From positions 74,526,001 through 74,590,000 of the forward strand of contig CM052816.1 of NCBI GenBank assembly GCA_028534125.1: a stretch of 64,000 bases of DNA, given 5' to 3'. The notes beneath the pieces were generated by a model that was not told the origin of the DNA, did no database searches, and saw only the letters and a program-made list of their open reading frames with translations. This DNA is from Lama glama. Its lineage: Eukaryota. Of this stretch, positions 38,576-51,951 are shown in pieces (the first letter of the stretch is position 1; the number at the start of each line of letters is the position of its first letter). The position numbers and the translations under genes were made by a program.

Positions 38576-40355
38576 AATGCACCAGCCTGAGCACTTTCCA
38601 CCTGGCCCACAACTTTAACTATGACATGCTGGATACGGTATAAGCTTCCTCTCATCTCTTCCTCTCCAGTTACTACCATCCTTCAAGGCCCAGCAAGACC
38701 TGCCTTTTCCATGAAGCTTTCACCCTCTCTAGACTGCCCATAATTTAACTCAAATTCACTGAGCTAAGTTTATGTCCAAAGGGAATAATTACAAACACAG
38801 TGCTCATGTACCATGCATGCTGGCCAAGTTAAGCCTACGCCTTCCACACAGTAAGTGCTCAGAAAACGTTTGTTGCACGAAGATGTGTGAAATAGAGCTA
38901 CTCACTGCCTAGCACAGTGTCCCACGGTGTAAGCCTGGTAACTGGATGGCTTGTTCTCCACGTACACCTCATACCTACACCTGTGCGCTCTGTTTACGCT
39001 GCTCCTTTATCCACGGGCTATTCCTGTAGCCGCCCCCTGCTCTTCTCAGCCTTTTAAAGTTGCAACCCAGAAGTCTGATTTCTGCTGAAACAGCACCAAC
39101 CCTTTTCATGAAGTTCTCATTCCTGACAGCCTGCGGGGACCCTCCTCTCTTCATTCCCCTGAGGGGTACAGTTCAGGCCACTATTTCTTGAGTTAATACA
39201 CACTGCCTCATACAGTGGTTCTTTGTGTGTACGCCTCATCTCTTAACTCACGGTACCTCCCCTGAGGGAGGAATCACTGTATTCCTCACAGCCCTACATT
39301 CAATCTTTAAAGATGGAAAGCTCTAAAGAAAAACCTGCATATTGAATTTGCTGAATTAACTATTCCAGTCCACCTGGACTGATTCTTTTTCAGGGCATCT
39401 TGGCTGTTTGTATTCATCACACAATCTAGAACTTAAAGCTCCACAGCCTCTCATCAGTTTCTAGGAGCTCCTCGTACCCCAACTAAACTGGACTTTCTCA
39501 GGCCAGGGGCCTGCCTGCTCCCGCCTTAGGCTGCTGAGACCAAAGAGGATGCTCAGATGGGGACCAAGAGAAACAGGAGAGACACAACCTAACATGTAAC
39601 AGGCGCTGCTTGGAAGAGTATTTGCACCCACTAAGTCTTCATGCACATTTCTCATTAAAATCAGCGGGAGCAGCAGGTTTGCTGCAACCAGTCGACCCTG
39701 CGAAGCCCTCTAAAGATGAAGCACTGTTGGCCATTCCTGATTTTGGAATAACGAATTCTCCCTGAGATGACGTAACCTGCCTTGAGGAGCAGATGTAAAG
39801 ACTAACATCAAGGACGAGAGACAAAGAGAGCATCTATCACATTTAGCTGATACAGTGATGGCGCTGTTCGATGCTCGGTTCTCATTACATTTCCAACAGG
39901 GCAATTAGACTCAATAAAAAAAGCCTCTCAGGGCCAGGATATTTTTAATTCCTCATCTGCCCAAGCAAGAAAAACCCTGCTCAAAGCCTTGAGTGCCAGC
40001 CTTCCCCAGGCACGCAGGTCACTCTTCTTCCAGCTCCTGGACAACTCTTCTCCAGGTGACGCTTCCCACATCCCTGACTCAGCGGCACCATCTCTTCCAT
40101 GGACCAAACTGAATTCAAATGAATGGTTGGTGAAACTACAGTAGTGTCCCCCCCACCTCTTTTTTTTAAAGTCCTCACCTATATTTTCAGTCTGCCTTAT
40201 ACAATGGGAGAGAAAATTAAAATAAAATGATTTGGCTACAATCCAGACCTGGCAGAAAAAGAAACACATGGCCCATGAATGTCATCTGAGATTCAATCCA
40301 TGTCATGTGATAAGATCATTTTGGCTGAAACCATCAGATAAATGTCCAGAACTCA

Positions 40356-40357
<2 letters not shown>

Positions 40358-40398
<41 letters not shown>
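40358..40398 (+). repeat. (CA)~20 microsatellite, 1.8 kb into intron 2
   Basis: Read directly from the sequence. Confidence 0.95.
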
Positions 40399-40400
<2 letters not shown>

Positions 40401-42188
40401 ACTCATGTTCAATCATGCTCATCTACACCTTCTTACACAAACATCATACCCGTCCTTAACAATCCCTAGGCCATTTTAAGATAAGAATCTGGAGCAGCCC
40501 CATATTACAAAGGAATTTTGGTTAGCCCACTAAGAAAAAAAAAAAGGAAGACTTTTTCCTTTGCTAAATTACTTAGTATGTGTAAGTACTGTTAAACGAT
40601 GTGACTTGTATTTACTGTAAACCATTGCCTTTTCTTATGCTTTGCTCCCCTTAAACAAACAAAGCAAATAAAAAACTACCAAAAGCAAAACAAAAAGCAA
40701 ACAAACATAAAACCAGCTAGTGGTGTCATTTCCTCTCCAAAGTTAAAGGTTTACTAAAATGTCAGAGCATTGAAATAGATGCTCTTTGCAGACTCTCCAG
40801 GTCAAAAACATGTAACTTGAGCTCCAGTCTTTTAGCGGGGGATACATTTTAAATTTTCTTTAAAGATTTCCTTTGCCATACTTGTTCAGTTCACACGTTT
40901 TTAAAATTCCTCAAGCCTTGCCCAGTGGAGTGAAAGTCACCCTAATGAAGAAAGTAGAGATTAAACCACCATGACTTTGGAACAGTGCAGGATCTCAGCT
41001 GTAATTCTTTGGCTCAGAACCAGGGTCTAAAACCAGCCCTGGGAAAAGCTGCTGACATGGAGCCCGCGACTCCCTTCGTGTTTGACTTGCATAATGTTGA
41101 CATTATAACACCAGAGAGACCCAAAAATATTTCAAACAATTATGACTTCTTTTCTATAAATATTTTAAAATTGTTGTAAGAGATAAAATAACATATTTTA
41201 CCCTTCTTGTTTTCTGAGTTACTCTGGTCGCCCTCAGCGGCTCACTACTATGGGTTTATTTTTGGCTGGAAGGTCAGAGAGGACATTTTCAGGCCCTACT
41301 TCTGCTGTTAAACTGTGTTTTCCAATATGAGTTGCCCAGTGAGCAGGGGAGTCAGTTACTTTTAAAGCAACAACTGACTGTGGTCAGAGACTAGGAGAAA
41401 TGGAAGATTTCTTTCCTCGGTTGAAGTTCAAGCAAGACAAAAAAAATCAAGTACTCAAGATGATATTTTAAAAAGTCCCTCACCCCTTTAAAATGGGCAC
41501 AGTTTTCTTTCTGGACAGAAAAACCCTCCTTTTCGTGCCCTTTCATGACTCTTTTGTTTCGGTTATTTCTGTCAGGAGACATAAGTTTGAATATACTGTG
41601 ACTTTCCCAGTAGAAGAAGGTATAAAAAAGGAGGGAGAATGACAGAGATGGACAAGCAAGCTCGTGACTTCTGAGTATCTTATTCAACTACTTCAAGTGT
41701 TTCTTCCTTCAAAGGTAAGCATGCAGAGAGTGAGAGGTGACACTTATTTGAAATTTGCAATTTCTGCTCACAGAGAATATGATTAAGGGGCCTTAATTCT
41801 GAGCTATGGAAGTTGGCTACGATACCCTTAGTCACAGATGAGCTGAGTGATCAGTAGGTTAACAACCCTTCAGTGCAATTTCATTCTCTCTCCCAGAGCC
41901 CGAAGAGCAAGAGACCTGGCTTGCCTTCAGCAGAAGTGTCCTCAGCATGATTTACAGCATGTATTTTTGATGTGAAAGCATCAGATGCCGAAGCTGACTA
42001 CTGTCTTCCTCCTAAAACACCCCCAGCAACATCCTCCCGGCTTAACGAGTTTAAAGCTACAACAGGTTTCCTATCGGCTGCTACTTGGAACTTACATCTT
42101 TTAGTTACATCATCCAAAGAACTTAGATTTAATTAAGTTCAGGGTGGTTTCGAAACACCGGGGGTGGGAATGGAAAAGCAGAACTCAC

Positions 42189-42258
42189 CTTCACTCCCAG
42201 GAAAAGCATCACCTGAGCCTGCCACTGCCAAGGTCAACAGCAGCTGCCAGAGATCCAT
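42189..42258 (-). CDS. GHR: Growth hormone receptor, coding part of exon 2 (signal peptide plus first mature residues; partial CDS)
   Basis: Reverse complement reads ATG GAT CTC TGG CAG CTG CTG TTG ACC TTG GCA GTG GCA GGC TCA GGT GAT GCT TTT CCT GGG AGT GAA G|gtgagt = MDLWQLLLTLAVAGSGDAFPGSE, the known GHR N-terminus. It is 70 coding nt ending in phase 1 at a GTGAGT donor. Too short for the ORF track. Confidence 0.98.
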
Positions 42259-42269
42259 TCCTGTAGGAC
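42189..42269 (-). other. GHR: GHR exon 2 (81 bp: 11 nt 5'UTR + 70 nt CDS)
   Basis: Acceptor ctttatcttactcctttttgtgtgattgcag|GTCCTACAGGA-ATG and donor G|gtgagt. The 11-nt leader and 81-bp size match the known mammalian GHR exon 2, the common acceptor for alternative first exons. Confidence 0.97.
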
Positions 42270-44464
42270 CTGCAATCACACAAAAAGGAGTAAGATAAAG
42301 CTGAGCAATTAAAAGCAGACTATGTTCACTAAAAGCTGTTTAAAGACCGGCTAAACTGTGAGTGAGCTGACAGGCACATTAGCTCCAGAAGGAATCCCCG
42401 TCAGTCTTTGGCTGCCCCAGAGTCTCCAAGTGTCACAGTTTTCAGGGGAACAAACAGCAGGTTGGAATAGATTCTACTTCCAGTGGGCGCTCGCCTCAGA
42501 AAATAACACGGAGCCTAGAGATTTCCCCATGCCGGTGGATAGCCACAGAACCACCTCACAGCAAATGACCCCCACGCCTTGCCTCAATAACAGTGTGGCT
42601 CACGTTCATTTGATGTGGAAATAGAAACTCAGCAGTATCACCACGCAAGGTGCCTGGAGATGGACAGGCCATAAAAGGAAAACTAAAACAACCCTCTTTA
42701 GTAAGAGTAAAACTTCTCCAGTGTGTTTCCCAGCGAACAAAAAAGCTCAATCAACAAAGCACTGTGCTAAGGAGCCATCCCAAGGAGGTTTAACTAGAAG
42801 GCGGCAGCAAGGAGGGGAGAAGCAGAAGATAACATAACAGCAGTGCTTCCCAGGTGGCCTCCCTGGTGTCCTCTTGGATTTTAGTTTCAGGAGGAATGTG
42901 GTCTCTGAAAGGCCCAGGAATGTGAACACCTCAGGCTCTAAGAAGGGTCTGTCTGTGGCCGGCTTAGCCATTTGGAATCCCAAGTGTGGCCACACCTTGA
43001 ACCCTTCGGTCTGTTGAACAGGGAAACAGATCACTGTGCCTCAGTCAGCACACACCTTTACCTGCAGGAAATAAGATTCTTGGGAATAAATACACCAAGT
43101 GTCCACCTCCTGGATCTCTAGAGAGACAAGTTTGGGCTGGTTTCACATGCACTCCGCAGACTGCCCTTTGGAGAGTTGTTGCTGGATCCGATGACTAAGG
43201 CCAACTGCTTTACAGCTTAGCAGTAATAGTTCCATAACGTTACTGTACTTACAAGTCACTCAGGCACATCTGACCATCACACATCACAAAACTCCACCAG
43301 TAAGTGCCTTTATTGCCTCATTTTTATTACTTGACATTCTTGATAATAATGAAACAGCCCTTCCATTTCCCCTAATCAGGCTGAAATGATGAACATGAAT
43401 GTTTGTTTTCACAAGTGATGGAATGGCGTGGTCCCTGGTGATAGCTGCTTCACTCTGGATAGGCATGAAACCTCAGACGCTCTGTCATTTCTAAGGCAGT
43501 GGATGACCCATCGTTTTTTTGTTCTATATAATTGTGTGTTCTTAAATTCTAAGAAAACATATCTCTATGTGAACAGAATCTCTCCCTGTGTCTGAACTTC
43601 CAACATGCCTAAGGTTGCCCCCACACACTGCCGCACAGTCACTGATCGGGCTGCGTGTGTCACCTTGCCAACTGTGAGAGTTCGAACAAATGCGAGTTGT
43701 AGTTATTAAAACACCGATGTTTTCGATTCCTAACCTGGAAGTTCTGGGCTAGTGGCCTTACATCATCCTCAATGGCTTTCACTGAGCATCTCTCCCAAGG
43801 TCCTTTACTCCTAGGTGAACAGGCTACTGTAATCATAGTTTGAGATCTTCAGCAGAAGTACAAAAAAAGGCTAAAAACAGATATGTTATGGGCTGAAAAT
43901 GTCATCCTGTTGGTAACTAGATAGTTCCTTTTAAATTTTATTTTAAAAGAAAATTTTAGGGAGGAAAAGCATTGAGGAAATGGGCCCTGTCTGCAGTGCT
44001 AATTTTACTGGCCCTCCTGCAACACACTGCATGTCAGGCAAAGAAGCCTGCCCTGGCACGTGCACTTTTGCTGTCAGGTTGTAACAGCGAACCCCAGTTC
44101 GCAGGCAGCGTGTTATATTCCCAGCTGAATAAGGATATGCAAAGTTTTGCATTTCTCAGAAGGACGCTTTCTCTGGTTTGGAAGTCACCTCTTTAAACAT
44201 CCCCAGGAGATGTGGTAGATGCTATAAACAAGTGAATTCTGCAACAGAGGCATTGGAGTTGACCCCCTTCAACCCCCAAACTTTTGAAAGCTGCTGCCTC
44301 CAAATGAACTTCGCTTCCTCAAATAAGGAATTGATTATCCCAACAGTTCCTTTATGCGCCAAACATGTCTCCATGGACCACGTTCTATCTCACAAAACAA
44401 AGGAGAATCCCCAAAGCAAAATTAACCTAAAATCTGTTTGTACCTCCTAGAGCAGAAAAGGGGA

Positions 44465-44544
44465 TTTTTTTTTTAAATGGAGGTGCTGGGGATTGAACCC
44501 AGGACCTGGTGCATGAGCTCTACCACTGAGCTATACCCTCTCCC
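44465..44544 (-). mobile_element. tRNA-Ala-derived SINE (Vic-1-like) with internal deletion
   Basis: Minus strand GAGGGTATAGCTCAGTGGTAGAGCTCATGCACCAGGTCCTGGGTTCAATCCCCAGCACCTCCA + TTTAAAAAAAAAA, with intact A and B boxes. Confidence 0.85.
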
Positions 44545-46609
44545 TGCAAGATCTTTAAAACAGACATCATCCCACATAGGAGAAGAGAACAGTTCACTGC
44601 CAGTGGGAGCAGAGCAGAGGGGCCCAACTCAAAGGCTCTAACTAGGGGAGGAGCAGGGAAGAGGATGCAGTAACATGGCTGGATTTAGGAAGAGCTGATT
44701 GTTCCATTAGAGACCAACGTTCCCCTTCCACTGCTGCTGGCTTGGTGGGGATGGCTCTGAAAGTAGCCCCCTTTGCACTCTCCCCACTCCTTGTACCCTC
44801 CCCCCATAGTGAACTCTCTTTAGTACCATCACATGAACCGAATGTCCCTTGGCCTGGGCTGGTTTGACTGTAAGCTTCCCTTCAACTATGCAGAGCTCTG
44901 CATGGCAGCTTCTAGAGGAGAGGATCCTCTATCAGGTTCTAAAGGAGATGAAATGTCCCTGGGAGAGAACAGAGTGCCAACACACAGAGCTTGGTATGTT
45001 AACCTATCAACGATGTGCCAGATGTGAGCAGGAGAAAACCCCCTGATTTCCTTTACCCCGTACAATAATCTAAGTAGAGGCAGACACTTTTCAGAGGAAG
45101 TCTATCAAATTGTACCTTAGCCTATTGGGTTTTTAGAGTTCATAATATTTTCCTAGGGAATAGCCCTCTAAATTTCTAATATTTACACATTCTTTGGCTA
45201 TTGGCACAGGGCAAGATTTTCACTGGAGTTGGGGGAGGAGGAGCTTCTATTCTTGCAAATGGAACTCACACTATTTCTGAGCTCAATGCCTGAGCATCTT
45301 GCCTGCTCCTCCTTCCTTAGGGGAGAGCCAGTTGAAAAGCCCTGTGATTCAGCTGGCATGAGTTTTAATTCTGTAGATGGCCCAGTAGAGGAGGTCTCCA
45401 AATTACAGTTAGGCCAGTGATGGATATACTTTTGTTCCTTGGCTATCAAACAGTCCATAGACATGAGAAGAGATGGAGATTAAATATGATATTTTTTCCA
45501 ACATGTTACGACCAACTCCAAAGAAAGCAATTGGTTCTATTATCTTTAATTTAAAATTAGCAAGTATTTGTTGAACTATTAGTGCCTGCTAGCATGGTAC
45601 AGGCAAAATGGAGAGTACAAAAGCAACAAAAGTCATTGAGAGAGAAATCGTTACTAGATTTCAGAGATACCTACATTGAAATGATGAGTGTTATTCCCAT
45701 TTAATGTGACGACAAGACTATTTCATGAAGAATCCCCAGATCAACTTTATTAAAAGTAGTATTAAAAATGTATAAAGCCATATAGGAAAAAATGTGCTCA
45801 TATCTGGTTAGTAATTTGTCACCTACACCTTCTGATTTGCATCAAATATTTAAAAGGAGTATGGTCAAAAGCATCCTTAGAATTATGATGTTAGCATTTC
45901 AATAAATAGGAGTAAAATAATAGATTTAGGAGCTTGTAGTCCTGTTAAGGCCAAATCAGGAAGAACACCAAAATGTCAGCGAACTGATGAAAAATAACAA
46001 GTTTTCCCAAATTTTTGTTTCACCGATCGAGCTATTCTGATATTGAAAAAGCAAGAGCAGATTAAAAAATTCCAACAGAAGCAAAACTGTTTACATTGCA
46101 CAACCGAGCCTCCAGGTAGATAACCTAATAAATGTGTACCTTCTGATGCTGATTACTAATAAAATATTGCAAAACTGAGTCTCATTGATTTCCTGGTGAA
46201 GCTTTTCTAAGAACTCAGCACTGAAAGAGGAAGAGGCTCATCCAAAGGGGTGTTTGAAATGATCCATTCTAATTAGTTCCAGGCATTTATGTGAGCAGTT
46301 TGCATCTGGAGTTCAGGTTATTATCCACTTTGATGGTGGTGGTCATTTGAAAAGTGGTCAGATCCAAAATGCCTTAGGTCAATTTATTTCCTTCTCGTCA
46401 GTGAGGGAGAGAAAATTCACAGATATTATTGCTGTAACTACTCTCCCTGAGATTTCTCTCCTCTCAGGGATCCAGTGGGGAATAAAGGATGGGAAAGTCA
46501 TTTAAATGTGTCAGGGAGGAGGGGAAAAAGGCCTTTGGGTGTAGCATTTATAGTAGGTCTTCATTTTCATAAAATAAATGGAGCATAGTTGGTGTGTACC
46601 TGTGCTGAC

Positions 46610-47035
46610 CAGGCTCAGCTACTGTCAGTCACTTGTGATTACTGAGCACTTGAAATGTGGCCAATGCAACTGAGGAATTAAATAAGCTAAATTTTACTTA
46701 ATTTTAATATTCAGAACAGGTTTAGTATGTAAATCTATTTTTCAGCTGTACATTTATAAAATCTAAATACAGGTCAAGTATTTCTGATGAAAAGTCAGCA
46801 TCTACATTGAGATGAGCTGTAAGTGTAAAATGGTCATGGATTTTGAAGGCTTGGTACAAAAAAGGATGCAAAATATTTCAATAATGTTTATGCTGACTGG
46901 CTGTTAAAATAATATTTTGGAAAATATTAAAAACTAATATCGCCCATTTCTTTTTATTTTTTAAACTTGTGATTAGTAGAGAATTTTGAATTACATATGT
47001 GGCTTGCATTGTATTTTTTCTACTTAACGACACTG
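46610..47035. mobile_element. hAT-Charlie1/MER33-related DNA transposon fossil
   Basis: gattactgagcacttgaaatgtggcc...caagtatttctgatgaaaa...gagatgagctgtaagtgtaaaat...ttacatatgtggcttgcatt. Confidence 0.7.
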
Positions 47036-47340
47036 ACATGTGCATTTTATGGTTTGTAAGTTTGTACCTGCATTCAGAAACAAACATTCCAGAAGCATAT
47101 GTTTTCATAACAAAAATACACAAAATAAAACTGTATATTTATAGTGACATATAAACTCATCATGGTTATGTTTTCAGAGATCCTCCCAAATGCAGAATGA
47201 TGGGGATAAAAGATTCACTGAAGACAGGTAAGATTATATTTGTACCAAGTTTTTTTTTTTTTTACAGTACCCATTGCCTTTGTTTACCTTTAGAAGTGTG
47301 ACAATTCACACTGTGTCTCTCTCTCTCTCTGAGTCATAGC

Positions 47341-47548
47341 CAGTGGTGAACTAACATTTAACAAATGTCTCTCTGGAATAATAATTTTAAAAAAGGTCAT
47401 GATTAGTAGCATTTGTTGATTTCTGTGGTATGAATACCTCCACTGAGGCTGATTTTAAGCTGCTAAGTCACTTAACATGGATTCACTGAATCACTCCTGT
47501 CACTGAATGTGGATTTACCAGCCAGTGTGAGCTGGACCCAGCACCCCA
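47341..47548 (-). mobile_element. MER63-like hAT MITE (short form)
   Basis: cagtggtg...tgattagtagcatttgttgatttctgtggtatgaatac...gagctggacccagcac is the reverse counterpart of the element at 10189. Confidence 0.55.
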
Positions 47549-47809
47549 GCCCCTGGGGGAGTAAATGATGCTATCCAGGCTCCATGTGAGGTAACACGTA
47601 CAAAGATTAAGCAATCTGTCGACATTGATATAAGAGGTAAGAGACAGTGCTCCTGGGTGAACCTTGGACACTTGATTTCATTTGATGCCATGTTTCATTG
47701 TCATATGATTGCATTGAGTTAATAATCACTGATAGATAGACTTTTCTGTAGCAATTACCTTCAGACTACACCACAGACAATATCCTTGCACTTCACTTAG
47801 GGTGAGCTT

Positions 47810-47998
47810 AGGGTTTAAGGGCATGAGTTCTGGAGTAAAGCTGAAATCCTGACTTTACCAAACCTCAGTTTGCTCACCTCTAACATGGACATGATAATAT
47901 TATTCCTTTTTTCATAGGAAAATTAGGAGGTATTTAAATGAGACATTTATTCAAAGCATCTGGCATGGTCTCTGCATAGTAAATACTAGCGGTTATTA
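47810..47998 (+). mobile_element. MIR SINE
   Basis: ttaagggcatgagttctggag...aacctcagtttgctcacctctaacatggacatgataata...ttaaatgagac. Confidence 0.6.
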
Positions 47999-50222
47999 GA
48001 CTTTCTGATACTAGTGATAAAGAGGCCCATAACGTAATGTGTGCATCTCCCAGGATAAGGCAGGAAAGCTGCTCATTTCTGCTTAGGGGTACAGGCAAAC
48101 TGCATACCTCCTACATGGAGGTCCAATTGTGTGGGAATTAATCAAGAGGCTGATTTTCCCCCTAATGACTATCTTACCTACTGCAAGAAAATTCTGTGCT
48201 GGTATTACCGGGTCCAGATCACTCACCTCTGGGTCATGTATTTCTAGAGCTGAAAATTGGGTAGATGAATCCCAACAAGAGGAGGCTTGGTTTGGAGCCA
48301 GGACTCCTCAAGTGAGAACACAGAGGAGGCAGCTGAGTTCTCCACCTCTTCCTTTCCAGAGGTGGCAAAGAACAAGGGGCATTTCAATACCAAATGCTTG
48401 GTGCTTCGACTGTCTCTGTGTGCGTGGATTGTGTTGGGAGTGGGCCGTTCTTGGTGCATGGGGCATTCTGTTTGGATTCAGTAGGACCTAGTGGCACATT
48501 GTGACATCTCACCACAACAACTGGACCTGTGGATGGCCATCAAACTCACCCAGCCTGATTCACCTGGTGCATCCACTGATTCACGGTGCAGGTGTAACTC
48601 TTACATGGAAGAGAAAAATCAATTGCATAGGTGGGTGCTTATTTGAACAATGTTCATTTTTCTATCTCATCACATTATACCTACCAAGTCATTTTCTTCC
48701 AAAATAGAACTTGAGAAAGCAAACCTCTTACTGGATTTCTGCTTTCTGTCTTTCCACAAGTGGCCCTTTTTAAAAGATCTAATATTTTATTACCGTGATG
48801 GATCCCATAGAATTAAAAGTTGAAGATGCTGGGGTTTCTTTCAGAATTCTCAGAAATACAGGCTTTGTTTTTACCTAATTTGACAAGAAATGGATAAGTT
48901 ATTGAAGACAAGATCTCATAGAATGAAGTCTTCACATAAAAAAAATGCAGTATCTTGACAAGATTATAATCTGACGGTGATGAGTACAAGAACTCACAGC
49001 ACTAAAGGAGTTACTAACAGGTCCAGATAACATATTGAGCAAAGATTGGAAGAAATTCTATTTTTCTTTTACCAAGTGCAACATGGTGAAGTTATTCTTT
49101 TAGGGTAAACAAGTTGGGAAACCGAGAGTGAGGCAATGTGCTCTCCTGGGAAAAGCACTGCTGGAGGAGTCAGCAGTCCTGTGCCCTGGATGCAGCCCAG
49201 CACTGCCTGAGGGGGCGACGCGGGCAGTCATTTAATCCCCATGGGCCAGTTCCCACTGGCACACCATCCCAGGCTTTTGCGATAAGCCAAGTCCCATGCT
49301 GGATGATGTCTTGAACAGCTGCCTTGCACAGGGGACTTCTCCTTCCAGATGACACTGGGCCCCTTGCCCTTCTCCTCTTTCAGCTGCAAGCAAATGGGGG
49401 GCAGTAGCGGTGCCCCTCACTGCTGTTTCCTCAACAACTAGTCCGGGGCCTGGCAGAGTCAATGTCCCCTTTGAAATCTGCCCAATGAATAAGGGTGCCA
49501 AGCACCTTATCAATTCATTCATGGCCTGCAAGAGCGCCTCATTTTAAAATTGAAAAAAAAAGAAAGTTGAGAGGAGCTTGGAGTGGCTAAGGGACTCAGC
49601 TTAGCCACTCAGACAGACTACTCCTGAGTAAGGACTGGAACCCTGCTTGACATCTCCAAGGCCGGCGTTTGCCTTCCAAGCTTCTTCGTAAATGCTAAGC
49701 CAGGCTGACTGAACACACGAGGAGGGTACCAGTGGGGCAGGTGTAACTACACAGTGCAAAAGAGAGAGGGAGGAAAATCTGGATTTGAATTGTGGACAGA
49801 GGCAGGCACCCTAGTCTTTCCAGGACGTAGGGCCTGTAGAGGACGGGTAATTGATAAATGCTGACGTTGCAGTTTCTTTAGGAGCAGCAGCACTCAATGG
49901 AGATTCATTTCTATGCCTTAGGGCCTCCAAGAGCGTCTGGTCTACTTTCGGGTATATGACTCAAGGGCTGTGAAGTGTGCGCCTTCTATGACACGGGGGC
50001 ATCCCCCCGCCTCCTTTAAGCCTATATTATAAATAGAAAGAAGTCTATTTGTCCAGACTGACTGGCTGCCAGATAGACAGTAAACACGGGGCAGATCAAT
50101 GTCATGTCTCATCGCCAGGAAGTTTACAATACACCTCTTCACTCTTCAAGATCACAGGAGGTGTAAGAGCTTGGACGTGGACCATTCACTGTTAAGAGCT
50201 TTGATAGAAAATGCTCTCCGGA

Positions 50223-50547
50223 GTAGCACTGAGTAACAGAAATATACTGCCAGCCACAAATGCTGGTTGTATGTGTAATTTTTAATTTCTTAGTAACCAT
50301 ATTAATAGAGTAAGAAATAGAGAAATTAACTTTAATATGCCCTATTTAACCCAATATATCTAAAATATTATCATTTCATCACATGGTAAATATGAAAAGT
50401 ATTGAGATATTTTACAGACTTTTTCATCCTTAGTTTTTGAATCTGGGGTGCATTTCACCCTCACAGCACGTCACAACTGGCACCAGTCACATTTAAAGTG
50501 CTCAACAGACACGCGCAGCTACTGGCCACCACATTGGAGTGTGCAGC
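50223..50547. mobile_element. MER33-like hAT-Charlie MITE
   Basis: tttaacccaatatatctaaaatattatcatttca...gtcacatttaaagtgctcaacag...tggccaccacattggagtgtgcag. Confidence 0.75.
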
Positions 50548-51342
50548 TCAGGTACACAGAATGTGGAGGTCCACGGCCCAGCTCCCAGCTGATGCAGACT
50601 GTATCCCTGTTTATTATTGCCCACAAGCTGGCCAGACTGCTGAGAAGAGACCTTTAAGCTGTGATTTCCCAAAGTCTAATAGTTTCTGAAAGTCCCAGAG
50701 TTCTGCTACTGAAGGGAGAAGCAGGGACTATCAGACCTTCTCAACACTCATTACACTTAATAATCACTGAGCGCTGAACTCTACCAATAATTAAACCGTA
50801 AACCTTAGGTTGAAATTCTAGCACCAGAGCTGTCACTGGTACGGGACTTAAAGTGAATCCTTTCTCACTCTTGGCTTCCTTATTTCCAAAATAGTATATT
50901 GGGAACATACCCGCAGTTCTCAGCCTTGGTTGCACATCAGAACCACCTGGGGAACTGACACATAAGTGCCCCGGCTTCTTCACCACAGGTAAACTGAGCA
51001 TCACTGACCTAGTGCAAACCGAATGTGCTATGATTTTTAAGTTTGTGAAAATAGAGCTCAGCTGCCCCAAAGAGTGTCCCTCAGATGGGTGAGGGAGAGA
51101 GAAAAAAATATTATTCATCCCTATTCAGCCAACCAGTTGATGTATTCCTCCCCCCACACATACAACGGAGAACTTTCTACAACAAGGGGTTGAAATGCTG
51201 AAATGTGATGGTAGGATCAGAAAACATTATCATATGAAATGGCAAATAAAAAAAATACGTGGAAATAGATGAAGTCAGTCATCCACAAATACAATCACTC
51301 AAATGATGACAAAGCACTGATTCAAGGGGTTGCTGAAGAGAC

Positions 51343-51951
51343 TGGGTAGGAGGAATGCTAAAGAGGTTACTCCCAAGATTAGCATCCCTGGTTATTCAAA
51401 ATCTAGGTACTGCTCTGGCGGGACTTCACAGATATAATTAAGGTTACTAATCAACAGATTTTAAAATAGGGAGATTATTCTGGATTGTGTGGGGGATTCA
51501 GTGTAATTACATTAGCCTATAAAAGCCGGAGAGGAAGTTAGATATGGCAGGAGAGGAGGTCAGAGAGATTGGAAACTTGAGACGGATATGCCCTGCTACT
51601 GTTTGGGGGGACCACATAGGAAGAGTGAGATGTACTGCAAGCAGCCTCTCGGAGCAAAAATGGGCTCCTCGCTGGCATCCAGCAAGGAAATGGGGACGAC
51701 AGTCCTACAACAGCAAGGAACTGAATTTGGTTAACAACCTGAATGAGCTTGGAAGCAAATCCATCCCCAGAACCTCCCAAAGGTAATGCAGCCCCAATGA
51801 CACTTTGATTTGAGGCTTGTCAACTCCATCCAGAGAATCCAGTTGCACCAGGCTGTGTCCAGACATCTCACAGAACTGTGAGCTAATAAATGGGTGATTT
51901 TATAAGCCACTAAATTTATAGTAATTACAGAAGCAATAGAAAACTGATACA
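51343..51951 (+). mobile_element. MaLR MLT1D/E-type solo LTR
   Basis: gggacttcacagatataattaaggttactaatca...cagtcctacaacagcaaggaactgaatt...aagccactaaattt...gcaatagaaaactgataca. Confidence 0.85.

Larger units (their letters stand above)
1..42188 (-). other. GHR: GHR intron 2 (continues beyond window start)
   Basis: Begins at the exon 2 donor. I saw no exon 3-like sequence by eye, and intron 2 is known to be tens of kb long in mammals. Confidence 0.75.
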
